NCBI GenBank assembly: GCA_013239625.1
Contig: MU054323.1
Span: forward strand, 10,323,186 to 10,387,185
Direction: 5' to 3'
Source of the DNA: Lama guanicoe
Taxonomy: Eukaryota
DNA length: 64,000 bases
The notes under the pieces were generated by a model. That model was given only the letters and a program-made list of their open reading frames with translations, was not told the DNA's origin and did no database searches. The translations under genes and the position numbers were made by a program. Positions within the stretch are counted from its first letter, which is position 1. Each line of letters begins with the position of its first letter. Below are positions 63,260 through 64,000 of the stretch, in pieces.

Positions 63260-63490
63260 TGTGTGGTAGCTAAGAGCACGGATGCTGGATCCAGTGGGCC
63301 TCCATTCCAATATCAGCTGTGAGGCTTTGGGTAAATTTCTTAGGTCTCTGTGCCTCAATTTCCCCATCCATAAATGGGAATGATGATAATAATAATGCGT
63401 ATCTCACAGCATTGCTGTAAGGATTAAATGAGTTAATGAATACAATGTGCTTAGAAAAGGACCTGGCACATAGAAGGTGCTAGGTGGATG
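63260..63490 (+). mobile_element. MIR SINE, near full length
   Basis: 'gtggtagctaagagcacgg...tctctgtgcctcaatttccccatccataaatggga...aggattaaatgagttaat...cctggcacatag'. Confidence 0.92.
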
Positions 63491-63884
63491 TCTGCAATAT
63501 GCATCTTTATGAGCTGCTCAGAGGCACAATGATCCTTTTCAAATCCTTTCCAAGATGCTAGTGCTACCCACTTTGACATGTGTTTTCCCGTCAGCTCCTC
63601 TGAAAATGAGGACCCTGATGAGTGTCCTGCACAATCTTATTGCTCTGGGTTTTCTGCTGAAGAAAGGTCTTTGTGCAAGGGTTAAGGGTTCCCTGGGAGC
63701 CTGGACATGCGTGTCTCTAGGGGCTGACAGCACTCCCACCAGTGCTGAGTATACATACTGCTCTTTTAAGATGAGGGGGAAGCCTCTTCCAAGTAATTTC
63801 TGCTCACTGCTACATTCTTTTGGGAGTAGTAGGGGAATGGCCCAAAGTTATAAAAGCAGGAGCAGCATTTATCAATTGATTGAT

Positions 63885-64000
63885 TAACCAGTCAATCAGC
63901 AAGTATTTACATCGTGTTTCTTATGTGTTTAGCACGGTGTTAACTGTCCCCTGGAGAAATAGAAGAAATATAAGACAAGGTTCTGAAACTCAAGTTAGGG
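63885..64000 (-). mobile_element. L2 3' end
   Basis: 'cagtcaatcagcaagtattta...ctggagaaatagaagaaatataagacaagg'. Confidence 0.65.

Overview
This is 64 kb of mammalian non-coding DNA, either intergenic or within a large intron. It is very probably from a camelid, because it carries a tRNA-derived SINE matching the camelid Vic-1 family as I recall it. I see no host protein-coding exon, RNA gene, CpG island or CRISPR array. The only ORFs with recognisable protein similarity are decayed LINE-1 ORF2 C-terminal fragments. The window is a mosaic of one relatively recent 5'-truncated L1 with a perfect 17-bp TSD, one lineage-specific SINE, and many ancient repeats (MIR, L2, L1M, L4/RTE-X-like, MLT1 LTRs, MER5/MER63/MER112/MADE2-like DNA elements). 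Between these lie several non-repetitive, AT- and homeodomain-motif-rich blocks that resemble conserved developmental enhancers. The most unusual directly visible structures are two exact short dispersed duplications (47 bp at 721 bp spacing; 33 bp at 1050 bp spacing) that look like templated-insertion repair scars. I found no evidence of a novel multi-gene system. Repeat family names come from remembered consensus sequences, and the boundaries of ancient repeats are approximate.
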